Below are positions 24,331 to 37,164 of a stretch of 64,000 bases of DNA, piece after piece (position 1 is the stretch's first letter; every line of letters begins with the position of its first letter). A program made the translations under genes and the position numbers. The DNA lies in assembly GCA_964199315.1 (NCBI GenBank), contig OZ116704.1, positions 29,016,001-29,080,000 on the forward strand. Direction: 5' to 3'. The DNA comes from Orbicella franksi (Eukaryota). The notes under the pieces are model-generated. The model was not told the DNA's origin, searched no databases, and saw nothing but the letters and a program-made list of their open reading frames with translations.

Positions 24331-24540
24331 TGTGTTGTTTCAGAAAATATCCATACCCCTCCCACGGAAGGTTTTTTAACTTGATGCCCACCCACCTCCC
24401 CCCCTCCCCAAACTGCTGGAAATTCAAGTTTTGGTTCATGCTTTCCTTAACAAAATGCTGGTTTTTGAGACGCCGCCGCCCCTTGGATTTTTTCAATAAC
24501 CCTCCTTTGGATGGGTATAGATATTTTCTGGAACCACATA
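24331..24540. mobile_element. MITE with ~28-bp TIRs (TGTG..CAGAAAATATCCATACCC family); fragments also at ~17950-18060, ~31380-31470, ~31790-31860, ~62270-62420
   Basis: tgtgttgtttcagaaaatatccataccc versus gggtatagatattttctggaaccacata. Confidence 0.7.
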
Positions 24541-25026
24541 TATTTCGGAAAAAAAGACAGATAAGTTGGACTAATGTTTACGCTATAAATTAAAATATGA
24601 GCTCAAATAAATAACTCTAACAGTTTCAGCCAAACTTAAGTACTAAGTTTCTAAATAATTAATTGTAACAACCGTTGAATAACCTTTCAAAATTATGTAA
24701 ATATGATATATGACATATATATATTTTTTTCAGTTTAAAATTGAGTACTTGTTAAATTCAACTAAAATAACGCCAATATAGAATGTCTCTTTTTGATCTG
24801 AACTATTTGCATTGTATTCAAAAAATGCCGTCAAAAAAAATAAAAACGCTATCACTGTGAGCATTGTTTCATTGAATTACTTTTAAAAATAATTAAGACC
24901 ATACTGCTATAATTGTTTTGCCTTCTTGTAAACTCAGTTCTGAGTTTTGCTTCACTTAGACTGTCGTGGGAAGAATATGATGTGAACACGTGCAGTATGA
25001 ATCTGGACACGTGCAAATGGCGTGGT

Positions 25027-28000
25027 TCAAACACGTGCAGCAGTGCAGATCGTGCTTAATTCCTCCACCAAAGTCTCGTGACGGAATGCCACGCGGATAT
25101 CGGGGACATTGGTTCTGTGTACGTCATTCCCCGCTACTCCTTCTTTCATGTAATCGTCGCCAATCCAATGACGTTTCACCTGTCAAATGTCAATCACATT
25201 AGAAGCAAACTTGGGGCGCTTTCAATTTCAAAAATATTCTGCAAGTTTCGAAACTGGAGCAAACGTACGGAAATACCCTGGGAGAGTTTCTGGAAAATTC
25301 AAAAACTGTTGAATTTCCGAAATGCGAACCACACAACCGAAAAATCCTTGAAATTCCGGGAGAAAAATTCAAAAGAACGGAAATTCTGGGTGACAAATTT
25401 TCGAAAATTTGGGTATACCTCGCGAGATTCTATTCTTTTCCAGAAATATTCCGACAAATTCTGATCCATTTGCTACTGATAATTTCCGGAAATTCAAACC
25501 GGAATTTTTGGTCGACTATAAATCGCCCTTGGACCCGTGTTTCACATTTGACAATATTAACAATTAGCTTATAAGCCCTCATTTGATTTGAGCGAATAGA
25601 AATACGAGACATGTACCTCATCCTCAAAGCCACTCATAACGACACTGTTTCTGGCCAATTCTGACATGTCACATGGACTGAGTTTCCACACCTGCGCTGC
25701 AATACTGTACTCCTCCATCAGAGGTTCCTGTTGATGTTCAACATTGATCAGGATCTCAATTCTCCTTACAGAGTCAATACAATATTAAGCAAATAAATGA
25801 TGAGAATACAGCAAAGCATCAGCTTTAGATATTTTCTTGCTGTACCACCAAATACTCAGAATGAATTTTCAACATTTTTTAAGGCAATCAGACAAGAGGA
25901 CTGATATCTTGATAAAGAAACTCGAAAAGCCGAAATCAGTAGTCCACACTCATATCGTCGGTATTGGACTGGAGCTAGCTTACAAGTGAGGCTAATGCGC
26001 GGAGTCTTTTCAAATGTAAATGACATTAATCTCTTTTTAATGCTATTCCCCCCGCGTGAGCCTACACTGCAAGCTACTTAATGTCCAATAACGAGAATAC
26101 GAATATGGCCTGTTGAAAAGCTACTCTTTTATTTCAGAATGATTCAGCTGATGTTTGCAGCATCATTTTCGGGTATTATCTTCTGGTTTCTATGTATTCC
26201 AAGGATCTTACGTTTGAAGCATTACATCTGAAGCTTCTACTTTGTCATTCAGTGTGCTCTTTGATTTGTGGTCACGAGATCGTCATAATACTGGCTGGAC
26301 CTAACGAGCAGAACTAAAACTTTTGCACTCAACCCAGATTCTTTACTATCAGAGTTGAACAACTATTCATCTAGCCACAGCTATTATTAAACCCCCATTA
26401 TTAAACCCCACATTAACCTTCAAATATGACTTTTCCTGGATCTTAAAGAACACATTTTCCCCTCAAAATATCCTAAAATTATATGACCGCATTATGTGAT
26501 GCTGTAAAGCTAAAACTTGCCTTGGTAAAATGGAACATGAGTGGGTCATCTGTCGACAAAGATACCACCAGTCCACGAGCCAGGAAATCTGGCAGAGGGT
26601 TCCTCTGGTAGTTAAGGAAGAGGGAGTTGTTGCTAAGGGGTGACATGGCAATACCAATTTGAGCCAAGTAGTAGAGGTATTGGAGAGCTGGCACCTGTCA
26701 ATCAAACAGCTTCATGTTAAAATATACCTTGATCATCTTCTGTGAATAAGTAGCTTCACTTTTCATCATCATGGCTTTTCTTCATGGAGAAAGATTTCAG
26801 AAGGTTTTCCTTGTCTAGTGTGGGCTCACTGAGGGCTGATGAGGCCTACACAAGATCCTTGCATACAGCGGCTGTGCCTGCAGTATGAGCGGCAGTCAAA
26901 ACTTAACTGTCCTACCGAAAGTACACGATAATGGCCTTTTTCTTTGAAGCTAACAAAAATAAAGGCAATGCTTTAGCCTCTTCCAATGGTTAACTTGAGA
27001 ATTCCGGGTTTAATTTGACGAGGAACAGCATATTTTGTTCAAAATAAAACAACTATTACCCTACCTGGCAACATTCAACGAACCACGGGCGACCCATTTT
27101 TGGCGCCAAATTGGAAGCTTGGAGACACAAAATGTTTCAGATCTTTCACTTTTTACCATCTGATATGGTTTTGGGAATTGTAAATCCCTTTTCGTGAATA
27201 TCTACCTTACATGTAAATCCATCTCTAGTGAGAAAAGTTGCCTGATTTCAATGCTATTCCTGTTAACTTTATACATTGATGAAAGGACAGTTAGGTTATC
27301 CTACCTGCTGAATCCTAATTGGTCAATTCAAATTTCAGGCACGCCAGCCGTATGCAAGGATCGGCAGGTCCTGCCAAAATGGCTGCAGGGGAAGGTGCGG
27401 GAGGGCCACTTTTAGTAGAAAAGTAACTTACGCACCTTTCTGAGAAGAAGACCATGATTGATGTTCTCAGCAAGCATAAAGGCTGAAACCAAATGATGGG
27501 CAGGTCCTGCTTCACCACAGTGAGGTCGCAATACAAAGGTGTTAAAGCCACGCTCTCTGTGGAAAACACACAAATTAGTTCAAAAATCAGTTCATAAATG
27601 CTTTCACGTAAAATAAAAACAGACTCCTTTGAACTTGATTTCATTACTTCAACAAAATTTTGCCTTTCATCTCTCATAATTTGCATTCTGTATTACTTAC
27701 TGGTACATGGCCTAGAAAGGATAATAAAGGTTTGCCACTTACAAGGCTGAAAAGATTTTTTACAGACAGAAGACATTGCAAGATCTTGTGAGGTGCTAAA
27801 CAGCAGTTAGCACCAAGTCCTCAGATTGTGTTCAAGATCAGACTAGCGAAAAGCGGCTAAGAAAATAAGGCCAAGAAGGACAGAGTAGGAAAAGTGAGAA
27901 AAACACAGCTTGTCAGTTGTTTTCTACTTCTAACCCAGGTTTATCATGTTATTTTTAACATTAATTTTAACTACACCACAAAACACATCACATCACTCCA

Positions 28001-31000
28001 GTCCACACCCCACGCCACTGCTGCCCACCTCAACATGCCCCACTCTACCCCAGACCACTCTTGACCTCCAAAGTTCCAGAGGCCAGTTGTTAAATGGTTG
28101 GATAACACTATCAGATAGATCACTGGTCATGACAGATATACTACACTATCTTCTGGATAATGATTAATCTAATGGATTAGTATTATCTATCCATAGGTGT
28201 ACAAGCTGGAGGGGATGGGGTGGGGGCATGGTGCTGCAGCCCCCAGTCTCGAAAATGTTTTACATTTTTCGTACAAAGTGCTTATGATTTGGGCAACAGT
28301 ACTCGGGAGAAGAAATTCCAAGATGTTTCGAGATAAGGGAATTGTGAATGATTTAAATTAAATTAATGTTTTTACTGCAAATAAATTATTTGTGGGCATT
28401 TGTATCCCAATTTCAAAACTCACACATTATGCAAATTTTTCAGGCAAGAAGGTCATCACTGCCCCCAAATCAAAGGTGCCCGTATGCCTATGTATCTATC
28501 TTTTGAACAACTGGAGCCAGAACGTGTTTCTTCCCTGTACAATCTTTGCCGAATAAAAGAAAAACACTTGTGGACTACAAAGCAAGATGACCTACTTTCT
28601 CAAATGGTTGAGGACCACCATGTTGGAGTACATGTAATAGAGATAATAAGAGTATGGCGGATTATCATTGGTGTTCCAGTCTACGGGCAAAGGACTCCTT
28701 TTTGTAAACAAATGGGTCTCTGCTTTACTCTCGTCATCTACACTGTCAAAGCCAGCAACCTGTTTACATGGTAAATGGGTTAGACACTGTTAACAAGGGG
28801 GTACTCAGGAATATAATGACGGGCAGGGGTAGAAATTTGGTGGTGACTCTTATTGGGCAAAACATAAGGAGTTGCAAATTACAATAGTGACAGAGAGGTG
28901 CAAAATCCCCCTTGGGTCTGGAATTTGCAATCTGAAGACCTTTTATTTTTTCGGAGAGGGAGGGAGGGAGGGAATTTTGCAGTGACTTTATTGAGTGAAA
29001 GATTTTGGTAAAGTCTTTTTGGGGGGTTAACATTTTCTTCTCATTTAGCAGGGGTTTCATTAGGTTTAAAATTCAAGAAGGCATTTGATGGTCACAGGCA
29101 GCCAAAATGTTTTGAACAAAGCTTCTTCGAAAAAATTCCTCGGAGATTGTTGAAACAGAAAAAAACACTTCGGTAGATCAATTTATGATGCTAAAATAAA
29201 TATGTGAAGTTTCAATCTGTTACAAACTCTTTGTACAAAGTTTGGGGTCCCATATTTTCATGAGTTTGCAACGGATTCTCAAAAAACTTAACACGTTTAC
29301 TAAATTTGGCATAATAAATCAAGCATTGAGGTTTTTTTGTTTGAATGGTAAAATTGGAACAGTGTGACATCGATAAAAAGGTCCATTGCTTTCACAGCTG
29401 GTCAAATTAATAGGGAGTTTAAGAAAACCACAATGGCAACAGCATTGCAAACATCACTAAACAAAAGCTTTACTGAGGAGAACAATGGCTGTGCACGTGC
29501 ATTATAATTCTTGGTACATTTCTTTGCTGTCCTCTGCAAAACAACAACTTTAAATGACCAAATTCTGCATTGTCTGAAGAACGTGAACCACGACAGCAAA
29601 CTTTTTAAATTTCTAATTTCAAATTTCAAATTTATTGCTGTGTCCCAGATTCAGTTTTGTGATAGTTTAGACAGTGATAAACAAAGTAAATGGCTTAAGA
29701 GTATCGCGAGATTCGTAGGTAAATTACAAATTCAATTTTTAATTGATGTTGTCCTTGGCATTGCCGTCGTAGCTTCTTAAACTCCCTATTACCTGGTGCT
29801 TGGCCTTTAGTGCAACCCCTGTATTAGGGTGATCAGACTAGTCAAACAAACATCTGATACTGTTCAGTTGAAATCATTTACCGGAACTCAATACTAAACA
29901 AATACAGAAACAATACAAAAAATAATAATGAAGACTTTTGGAAAGTCCATCACCTGTGTGAGAAACTTGTGAAGGTCAGGGTGAGATTGGGGGTTAACTG
30001 TCGCTTCAAATAATGGAATGAAAATGTTTTCCAGCATCTCTTGGAAATTTTTCACAAGGTCCTTTGAATGATAGATGTCACTGTCAAGTAACACAAACAA
30101 GAAAGCAAGTTAACGCAGTGAAAAAGGTTTCATACATGTACAGTTGTTCACTGCAATAAGATCCAACAGTAATTAAGTATTATAAAAGCACTTGAGCTAC
30201 TAAGTCAATAGACCAATTTCGATATATTAAAATTCAGCCTAACACAATAGTTCTCAGCACGAGGCTCTGGGAAATAAACCCCACAAACTCTGCAGTTATT
30301 CCCCAGAGCCTCGTACTGAGGTCTACTGTTTAAGGCTGAATTTTAATATATCGAAATTGGTCTATTGACATGCACATAGCTATGTTGCCTGACAACACTG
30401 TGAGGCAAAGTTCAAATTGTTTCATTTAAGTGAGCTAATTCAAGTCATATACTTTATTTCCGGTTTATTTGTAGCTGACTCTTATTTGTACAAGTGATTC
30501 AGCATGACTAGACAAACTGCTACTGTCTGTGGGCATTCAAATAAAAGCTGTTCAGCAGTTCTTTCATGTGGTGTTGTTTATTATGCTGTACAAAGTTGTT
30601 CTAACTTTTAAGTCTGTGGATGAAACCCTAGTGTGTGACCATTCAAATGAAAGCTATTAAGCAGTACTTTCATTCGACACTGTTTATTATGCTCTACAAG
30701 GTGGTTCTAAGCTTTTGCTTTGTGGATAAAACCCTATCTAGAGTGTGACCATTCAAATGAAAGCTATTAAGCCCTGGCTTTATGTGGTACTGTTTACTAT
30801 ACATGTATTACATCTGTCTGAAAGTATCAGGCTAATGAGTGATATCCTTCTGTTTAGACTAAATTTCTTGTTCAGTATTAATTTAACAAAATGAATGGTT
30901 TACTCACTACAGTCGTGGAATCTGAATTAGCCAGCGCACATTATCAGAGTACATATCATTCTTCACTGCCCAAGAAGCTAAAACATCCCACTCATTTTTT

Positions 31001-32364
31001 GCTCGGCCATAAATGGAGAGCCTGTACTCGGCATTCTGATACTTGCTTTCTTCCAAGTCGGCCATAACTTCTTTCATCATCTCTGCAAAGTACCGACCAT
31101 TGATATGGTTGTCTGTCTTGAGAAAGATTTCCCTCAACCTGCTTTCACCTAAAGTTAGAAAAACATAATTTAGTTCTAAAGCAAAGTTGCCAAATCTCTC
31201 TGTCACCTTCATGATTTATCAAAAGCTTTCTTACCTATAGGATTGTATTTAGTGTTGAACTTGTCAAACCGATGGAAAGTGTTCCTATCCTAAAGAAAAA
31301 GTAGAATGATACATATGTTAAGTATTAAAATTACACTTTCCAAACTTGTTAGCTCACAAGTGTTAATTCAACTATTGTTTGTTTCAGAAAGTATCCAAAC
31401 ACCTCCCATGGAAATAGAAGGTGTTTTGCTATGAAATCCTGCTCCTCACCCCTCTGGAAATTCCATATTAGCTTAATACATGAACTTTTATTTAAAAACT
31501 TGGGCTTTTAAAACCCCAGGGTTTTTATCAGAAGCTGGACCGTCCCAGGTATTAGCACCTGTCTACTTTGCACAGAGTACCTGGCTACTTAAAGTACGAA
31601 ATTTAAAAAAACCCAGCGGGGAAAAAAAACTCTGTCAACTCTGGACCGAAATTTTAAATTCTCCCAGTAAGTTGAAAACTTTTTTTCTGAACCACCCTAG
31701 AGGCTCAGATCTTTGGCCCTCCTGTGTATAGGGCTGCCCGCTTACTCTGTCATGAGAACCCTCCTACTTCAAAACTTAATGACACCCCTGCCACCCTCTA
31801 CACAATTTCTATGATCTTCCTTAGGGTGGGTGGGTATGGATATTTCTGAGAACTACACATTCTATTTTTATTGACAGTTACAACACAGTAAAAACTTGAC
31901 TCACAGCATGTACATCTAGTCTGTCAACGCTCAGGTCATATGGAGTCAAATTCAACATGGCAAAGACCTGATAGAAGAGAAAAAAGAATAAACACATTAA
32001 AAAAACAATTGACATAATCATCGATGTCATTCATGATAAAAGATCCATGATGCACGTTACTAAATTCAGCATCAGGCACCAGTATTATCAAACACAAGAA
32101 GCCTACATATGATATGTAATTTCCACACTTAGTAAAATAACAGTTCTTCCATGAGCGAGTGTTGGATATGAGTTGGCTATAATTATCTTATATCCCACAA
32201 GCGCAAGTGGAATAATTGTTTTATTAAAACGCCCCCAAAATATAGAAAACAAGACTAAAATAAAAATAAAAACGCCCCCAAAAATCATGCATTCGCTTAC
32301 CATATTTAATTTAGCATGGTATAATGGCTCATAATCCATGATGGCTAAGCCAATGAAAACTCGC

Positions 32365-32395
<31 letters not shown>

Positions 32396-35300
32396 CAATA
32401 ATAATCAATAACCAATAGTACATCTTATATGTTAGTTATATGACCTGCTATTCTCACAGAGCTAAACACATGAAACCAACTGTTATTGACAATCAAGGTC
32501 ACACCATGTATTTTAAATTACTATTCTTAATTCCTGAAGAAGACAAGTCAAACTTGCCAAACATTGGTTTTAAAAATTGATTTTAACCTTAGAATGAATC
32601 TGAAGAACAGGCAAAAAGTTATGATTTCAAGATCACATCATTTTAAAAATGGCTAGCTGATGACAAGTGCAATAAAAGAAATAACTAAAAACAACAAGAT
32701 TCTTGGCTGTATTTACCTCACGTAATGTGACTTCCTTTCCTTCATGGACCATAACAATGTCGTCAGCATTATACTTCATCTTCCTTTTTATGAAACGCAA
32801 CAAATGTTTCTGATTCATGCCAGAAGCTGCATGAACGTGAGTGTCCACCTGAAAAAAGATGATGACGTTTGTATGAAGACAAAGTGTCCCGTACCTTTGG
32901 AGATTAACCTGGTGTCTTGTCAAGCAGTATTTCTACAATGTAGCCTTGATGCTGAGTTCTCGAGGAAGACAGTTACCCAGGTACACAAATGGGTGTCAGC
33001 AAAGTTAACGCTGGAGGTAACCCTGTCACGGACCAGCATCCTATTTAGCCCATTTATGGGGGGGGGGGAGGGGGTACACCTGCTGGCCCTATACCACATA
33101 GCGTTATAGTCGAAGAAGAAGGGGGAGTACCCCTTCTGTCATGGAAACCAGGCATACAAGCTGGCGTGATGGGCACTAGACTCAAGCCCAGACTTTAACT
33201 TCCCAACCACCTTCTCTCCCTCCCTCCCTCCCGCTCTTCACTCCTCCCTCCCTTCGCTTCACTTTGCACTCTCCCTCCCTTCCAGTCCAGAACATAACTT
33301 TGTTTACACGAAACTAAACGCCATGATACAGTATGCCAATCTTCTAAAAGAGATGTCACTCAAAGGTGAAATTTACCATAAATTTTGTTAATTACTTTCA
33401 ACTGTTTGTTTGGAAGGAGTGTCAATGTTCCCAGTTTTAACCACCCTTAGCTAATTCCTTTTTTGGTTTATTTATATGTCCTGTTGTATTTTGTGCTTTG
33501 GTTAAATATTCTATAGCAGCAGCAGCAACAGCAGCAGAAGTATTGAGTAACCAAAAAGACATCTATCAGCAAAAACTATTAGACTAAGAGCGGTTTTCAA
33601 TTGAGTGTTGTTAGAGCAGTTTTCAATTGAGTGTCCAAAGTAATCAGACAATTGCTTTGGTTTTGGTTTTGGTTTTACTATAGTTTGAGATTGGCTGAAC
33701 AGTCTAACTGGTAAGTAATTGGTTTGGATTTGGTTTTAAGACACTCAATTGAAAACTGCTCTAAACCAAAACTAAACCTATTACTTGTAAACCAATAAGA
33801 CTACTCAGCCAATATCATGCCCTAGTAAAACCAAAACCAAAACCAAGCAAAAGTAATTGCCTGATTACTTTTGACACTCAATTGAAAACCGTTTTGACTA
33901 ATAACGGGTCAAAACATTTGCCGCACCTTTCTGACATTGTAGAAGTCTCTATGAGGTACATCCTTCATTGCGGCCAGTTCCCTGTTCTCGTTTAACAAGG
34001 AATGAAGACTATAACGGTAATCTAAGTACTTCAGACGCCGGTGGGCAAAAGACTTTCTGAGATAAGGACAAGAGAATAAAATTGTGTCAGAAACGAGGGG
34101 ATGGATTGACTTTATTTCTTATGTTTAATGTTTTAGAAGCAAAGATCTTTCAATACATGTATGATTTTGTGGAAGAACACAACGCATGAGAAAAAAAATG
34201 TTATTGATTGTCAACACAGAGCAATGTACCACCAACACAGAGCAATGTAGTCGCCATTATGGCGACTACACCAGAATATTTTTTGGTTGCCAAAGATGAA
34301 ATGTTAGCCGCACTGGTGGTCAACCGCATTGGTTGCAATTTTAAATTGAACCCTTTAACAATGTATCTAACCAAATTTTATGGATGGACAACAACTTCAA
34401 AGGAAGAAGTTAAATGTGTTGGCAAGATGTTCAGACATCATGTCCGATCACAATGTGGCATTGGTTGGACATGTTCAAAATTTGGTCAGACTACGTTCAA
34501 TGACCGACTGTCATTTGCAGCACTGACTGTAACAACTACTCACATAGGTCCATGGGTTGACAGAGCCAGAAGAATATTTTGATCTTCAAAAAATTCCTCC
34601 AGGCTGGGGCTGTGGTGTATCACAGGTTTGGAACTATCACTAACAGTAGCCATATTGGACATTTCCCTTTTGCAAGCTGTAATCTGAATGACGCCATCAA
34701 TCATTTCAAACAGGTATCCGCAGTCACCCGGGACATCAATGTCATATGGTGACTGGACAGAGAATGGCTGAAGGCAGGTATCTTAAGTTTCAAAAACAGA
34801 AAGATTGTTCAGTTACTATAATTATTATAATTATAATAGTAAGAAAACTGAAAAGAAGACAGTACATGTATGTTTACCAAACACTGTTCAGCACGAGGCC
34901 AACTGGTTTTCACAGGTGGGCAAAACTTTTGAACTGAACTTTCCTCCACATGTACATAGTCAAACCAGGCGGGCAAAATCGTCCTCGCAGCTGGTCAATT
35001 TGTCCAGTGCATGGCCATTATTGAAACCCCTGACTGCTCATAGACAAGATTGATAAAAAATTCTTCTTCACTTCAGAACCATTCAAAAAATATCTAGTCT
35101 GGATTATTTCTTCCTACAGTATACCCTTTTTCATCCAAGAGTTGAAGGGATACAGCTGAACCTCTGTGAAAAAAGCCCCCCTGGGTAAGAATTAAGAGGC
35201 TTTTTGAAAGGGTGATGGCCATTTAAGGTACAGTGTAGGTACATGTAAAGTGAAACACTTTATACAGAAGGGACAAAAAAAACCTGACTATTGTGGATAA

Positions 35301-37164
35301 GCAGCCACTGTAAAGAGGAAATCATAAATGGAAGTTCCCCATTTTGTTGTTAAAACCAACACACGCAAGAAACCTCTTACTGTCGTACACTCACCAAACT
35401 CTTCTTCACTAGCCTGTGTCTTCAAATGAAAATAATGAGTTTCCGCATCAAAATCTGAATGAACAGTCTTCAGCTTACGAGCAGTCGTTGGACAAAAACT
35501 TTGCATACTCAGTGTCATGTACTTTGATCTGATAAACAAGGCCTCAACAAGAAGTTTGGCTGCCTGCTGCAGTTCATCAATAGATACCTTAAAACAACAA
35601 CAAAAAAAACATTCTGTTAGATCACTAACCAAAAACTGGTCTTGAAAGCAGTGCACCTGTACTGCCATATATCATATCTGTAATTTCCGTATTGGACTTA
35701 AACTAGCTTGCAACTGAGACTAGTGTGGGGAGTCTTTTCAAATGCAAATAACGTTATTTTATCTTTTTCTAATGACATTTCCCCACATGAGCCTCCATTG
35801 CAAGCTAGCTCCAGTCCAATACCAGGAGTACAAATATGGTCTGTTCAACTCACTGCATCTCAGTGATTCAAGGTTGACCTTAAGCTCGAATAGTTTATCA
35901 CCTTTTAGTGAGTGGTTGCCACTACGAATTTATGGTGGGGTGAGACACCCGTTTCTTGTCTTTTTCAGACAAACTGTGATATATTCTCACTGAAATCTCT
36001 TGCATCACACCTCATTAAAATGGACAACTGGGGCTTCTCCCAGCTGTTTTTCAGTCATTTTACTATAACTGAACTTTTGAAATTCCACTCCCAATTGCCC
36101 CTTCCCCTTCCTACAGTAGAATTTTCATCACTGCCCCTCTCCCATACTGACTATAATGGACTATATAGGGAGGCTCTGTCTGAGGGGGTATGTTTTTGAG
36201 CTGGAGGTATATGAAGGGTAAGGGTTTAATGAGCTGAATCTATGAAAAGGGAAAGGAAAACCCACGATTCAGGTTAAGACCCTCTCTACAAAGGTCACCT
36301 TAGGAACAGAGGAAAGTGGCCATTAAGGAGAGGTGGCCGTTGTCAGGAGGTTAAATCAAGAGTGAATGTGCAGTGTATGCACCATCTGCCGGGACAAAAA
36401 ACAGGGCCGTTATAGAGAGGCATGCTGTAGAGAGGTGGCGGTCAGTGGATGTTTGACTGTGTTATTTGCAAAACTTACAACACTGACCACCATATGGAAA
36501 CTTTCTTGACAGATGCCATGATGTGGATAAGAAAGGCCCTTACATATTTATTTAGCCTACACGAGCTATGCAAACTTAATTGCTGTACTAAACTTGTGTT
36601 TTATTTGACATACACAACATTAAAGCACCAAAATAAACATACCCCGCTAATATCTCCACCCGAAATGGACAGTTTTTGATAAAATGTACACCGGTCATCG
36701 CTCTGTACCACAGGGTCTTCTTTCTCTTTCTTCATGACCTGTTCTATCTCCGTGATATCATTTGGAGTCCAATTCTGTATTAAGTTTGAATGTTGCCTTT
36801 GCAGCTCGATTTCTTCATTCTTCAGCTCAATCTGTTCTATTGGATGACGAGGGATTTCAAAGGGATGACACCACAAGCCTTCTTTCTTGTGAGAATCCCT
36901 CGACACGACTGCTTCATCGTTGAGAACTTCCAAAGTCTCCTGCAAAGTCTGGTAGACATCATGTTTCTTCTGAACTATGACTTGTCCAACAACAGCCGCA
37001 AACTTGGAGGGCTCGTTAAAAAATCGATGCCGTCTGGCTGAATCTGGAGAGAAAATTCGCTCGTTTGAGGGAGACTTTTCTGGATTTTCGCTAGGCTTAT
37101 TTATAAGATCCAAGGGCAAATTTGGACTTCTTTCTGCCGGTCCCGTACTAGCACCTTCCGCCAT
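25027..37164 (-). CDS. AMPD: AMP deaminase (AMPD family), ~807 aa, 14 coding exons: 37164-36643, 35587-35395, 34781-34544, 34056-33927, 32848-32717, 31967-31905, 31289-31235, 31148-30908, 30080-29954, 28759-28596, 27556-27436, 26694-26521, 25727-25617, 25179-25027
   Basis: Hallmark motifs DFYNVRK|[73 protein letters not shown]|[14 protein letters not shown]. Exon lengths sum to 2424 nt in frame. One GC-AG intron. Confidence 0.96.
25219..25530. mobile_element. Degenerate MITE (GGGCGCTTT...AAATCGCCC ends) in the last AMPD intron
   Basis: Short imperfect terminal inverted repeats; internal GGAAATTTCC-type repeats. Confidence 0.45.
29411..29788. mobile_element. MITE with TAGGGAGTTTAAG termini
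   Basis: tagggagtttaagaa at 29411 and ttcttaaactcccta ending at 29788. Confidence 0.8.
30206..30367. mobile_element. Near-perfect palindromic MITE
   Basis: caatagaccaatttcgatatattaaaattcagcct is the exact reverse complement of aggctgaattttaatatatcgaaattggtctattg; the interior is also largely self-complementary. Confidence 0.85.
30535..30800. repeat. ~105-bp tandem repeat, about 2.5 diverged copies
   Basis: Recurring units aaatgaaagctattaagcagtactttcat...gtggatgaaaccctagtgtgtgaccattc. Confidence 0.75.
33587..33895. mobile_element. MITE nested in a copy of the same family (inner 33612-33763; TIR TAGAGCAGTTTTCAATTGAGTGTC)
   Basis: Two left ends (agagcggttttcaattgagtgt; tagagcagttttcaattgagtgtc) and two right ends (gacactcaattgaaaactgctcta; gacactcaattgaaaaccgttt). 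Confidence 0.7.

Noticed and set aside
26830-26900. CTGATGAGGCC hammerhead-like start
   Set aside because: No closing stem II or GAAA downstream.
30535-30800. CRISPR-like regular repeats
   Set aside because: Whole units are repeated without unique spacers; this is a eukaryotic minisatellite and there are no cas genes.
34950-35025. Exon-like segment in AMPD intron 2 ([23 protein letters not shown])
   Set aside because: No donor in the required phase 1; flanking exons already join in frame.
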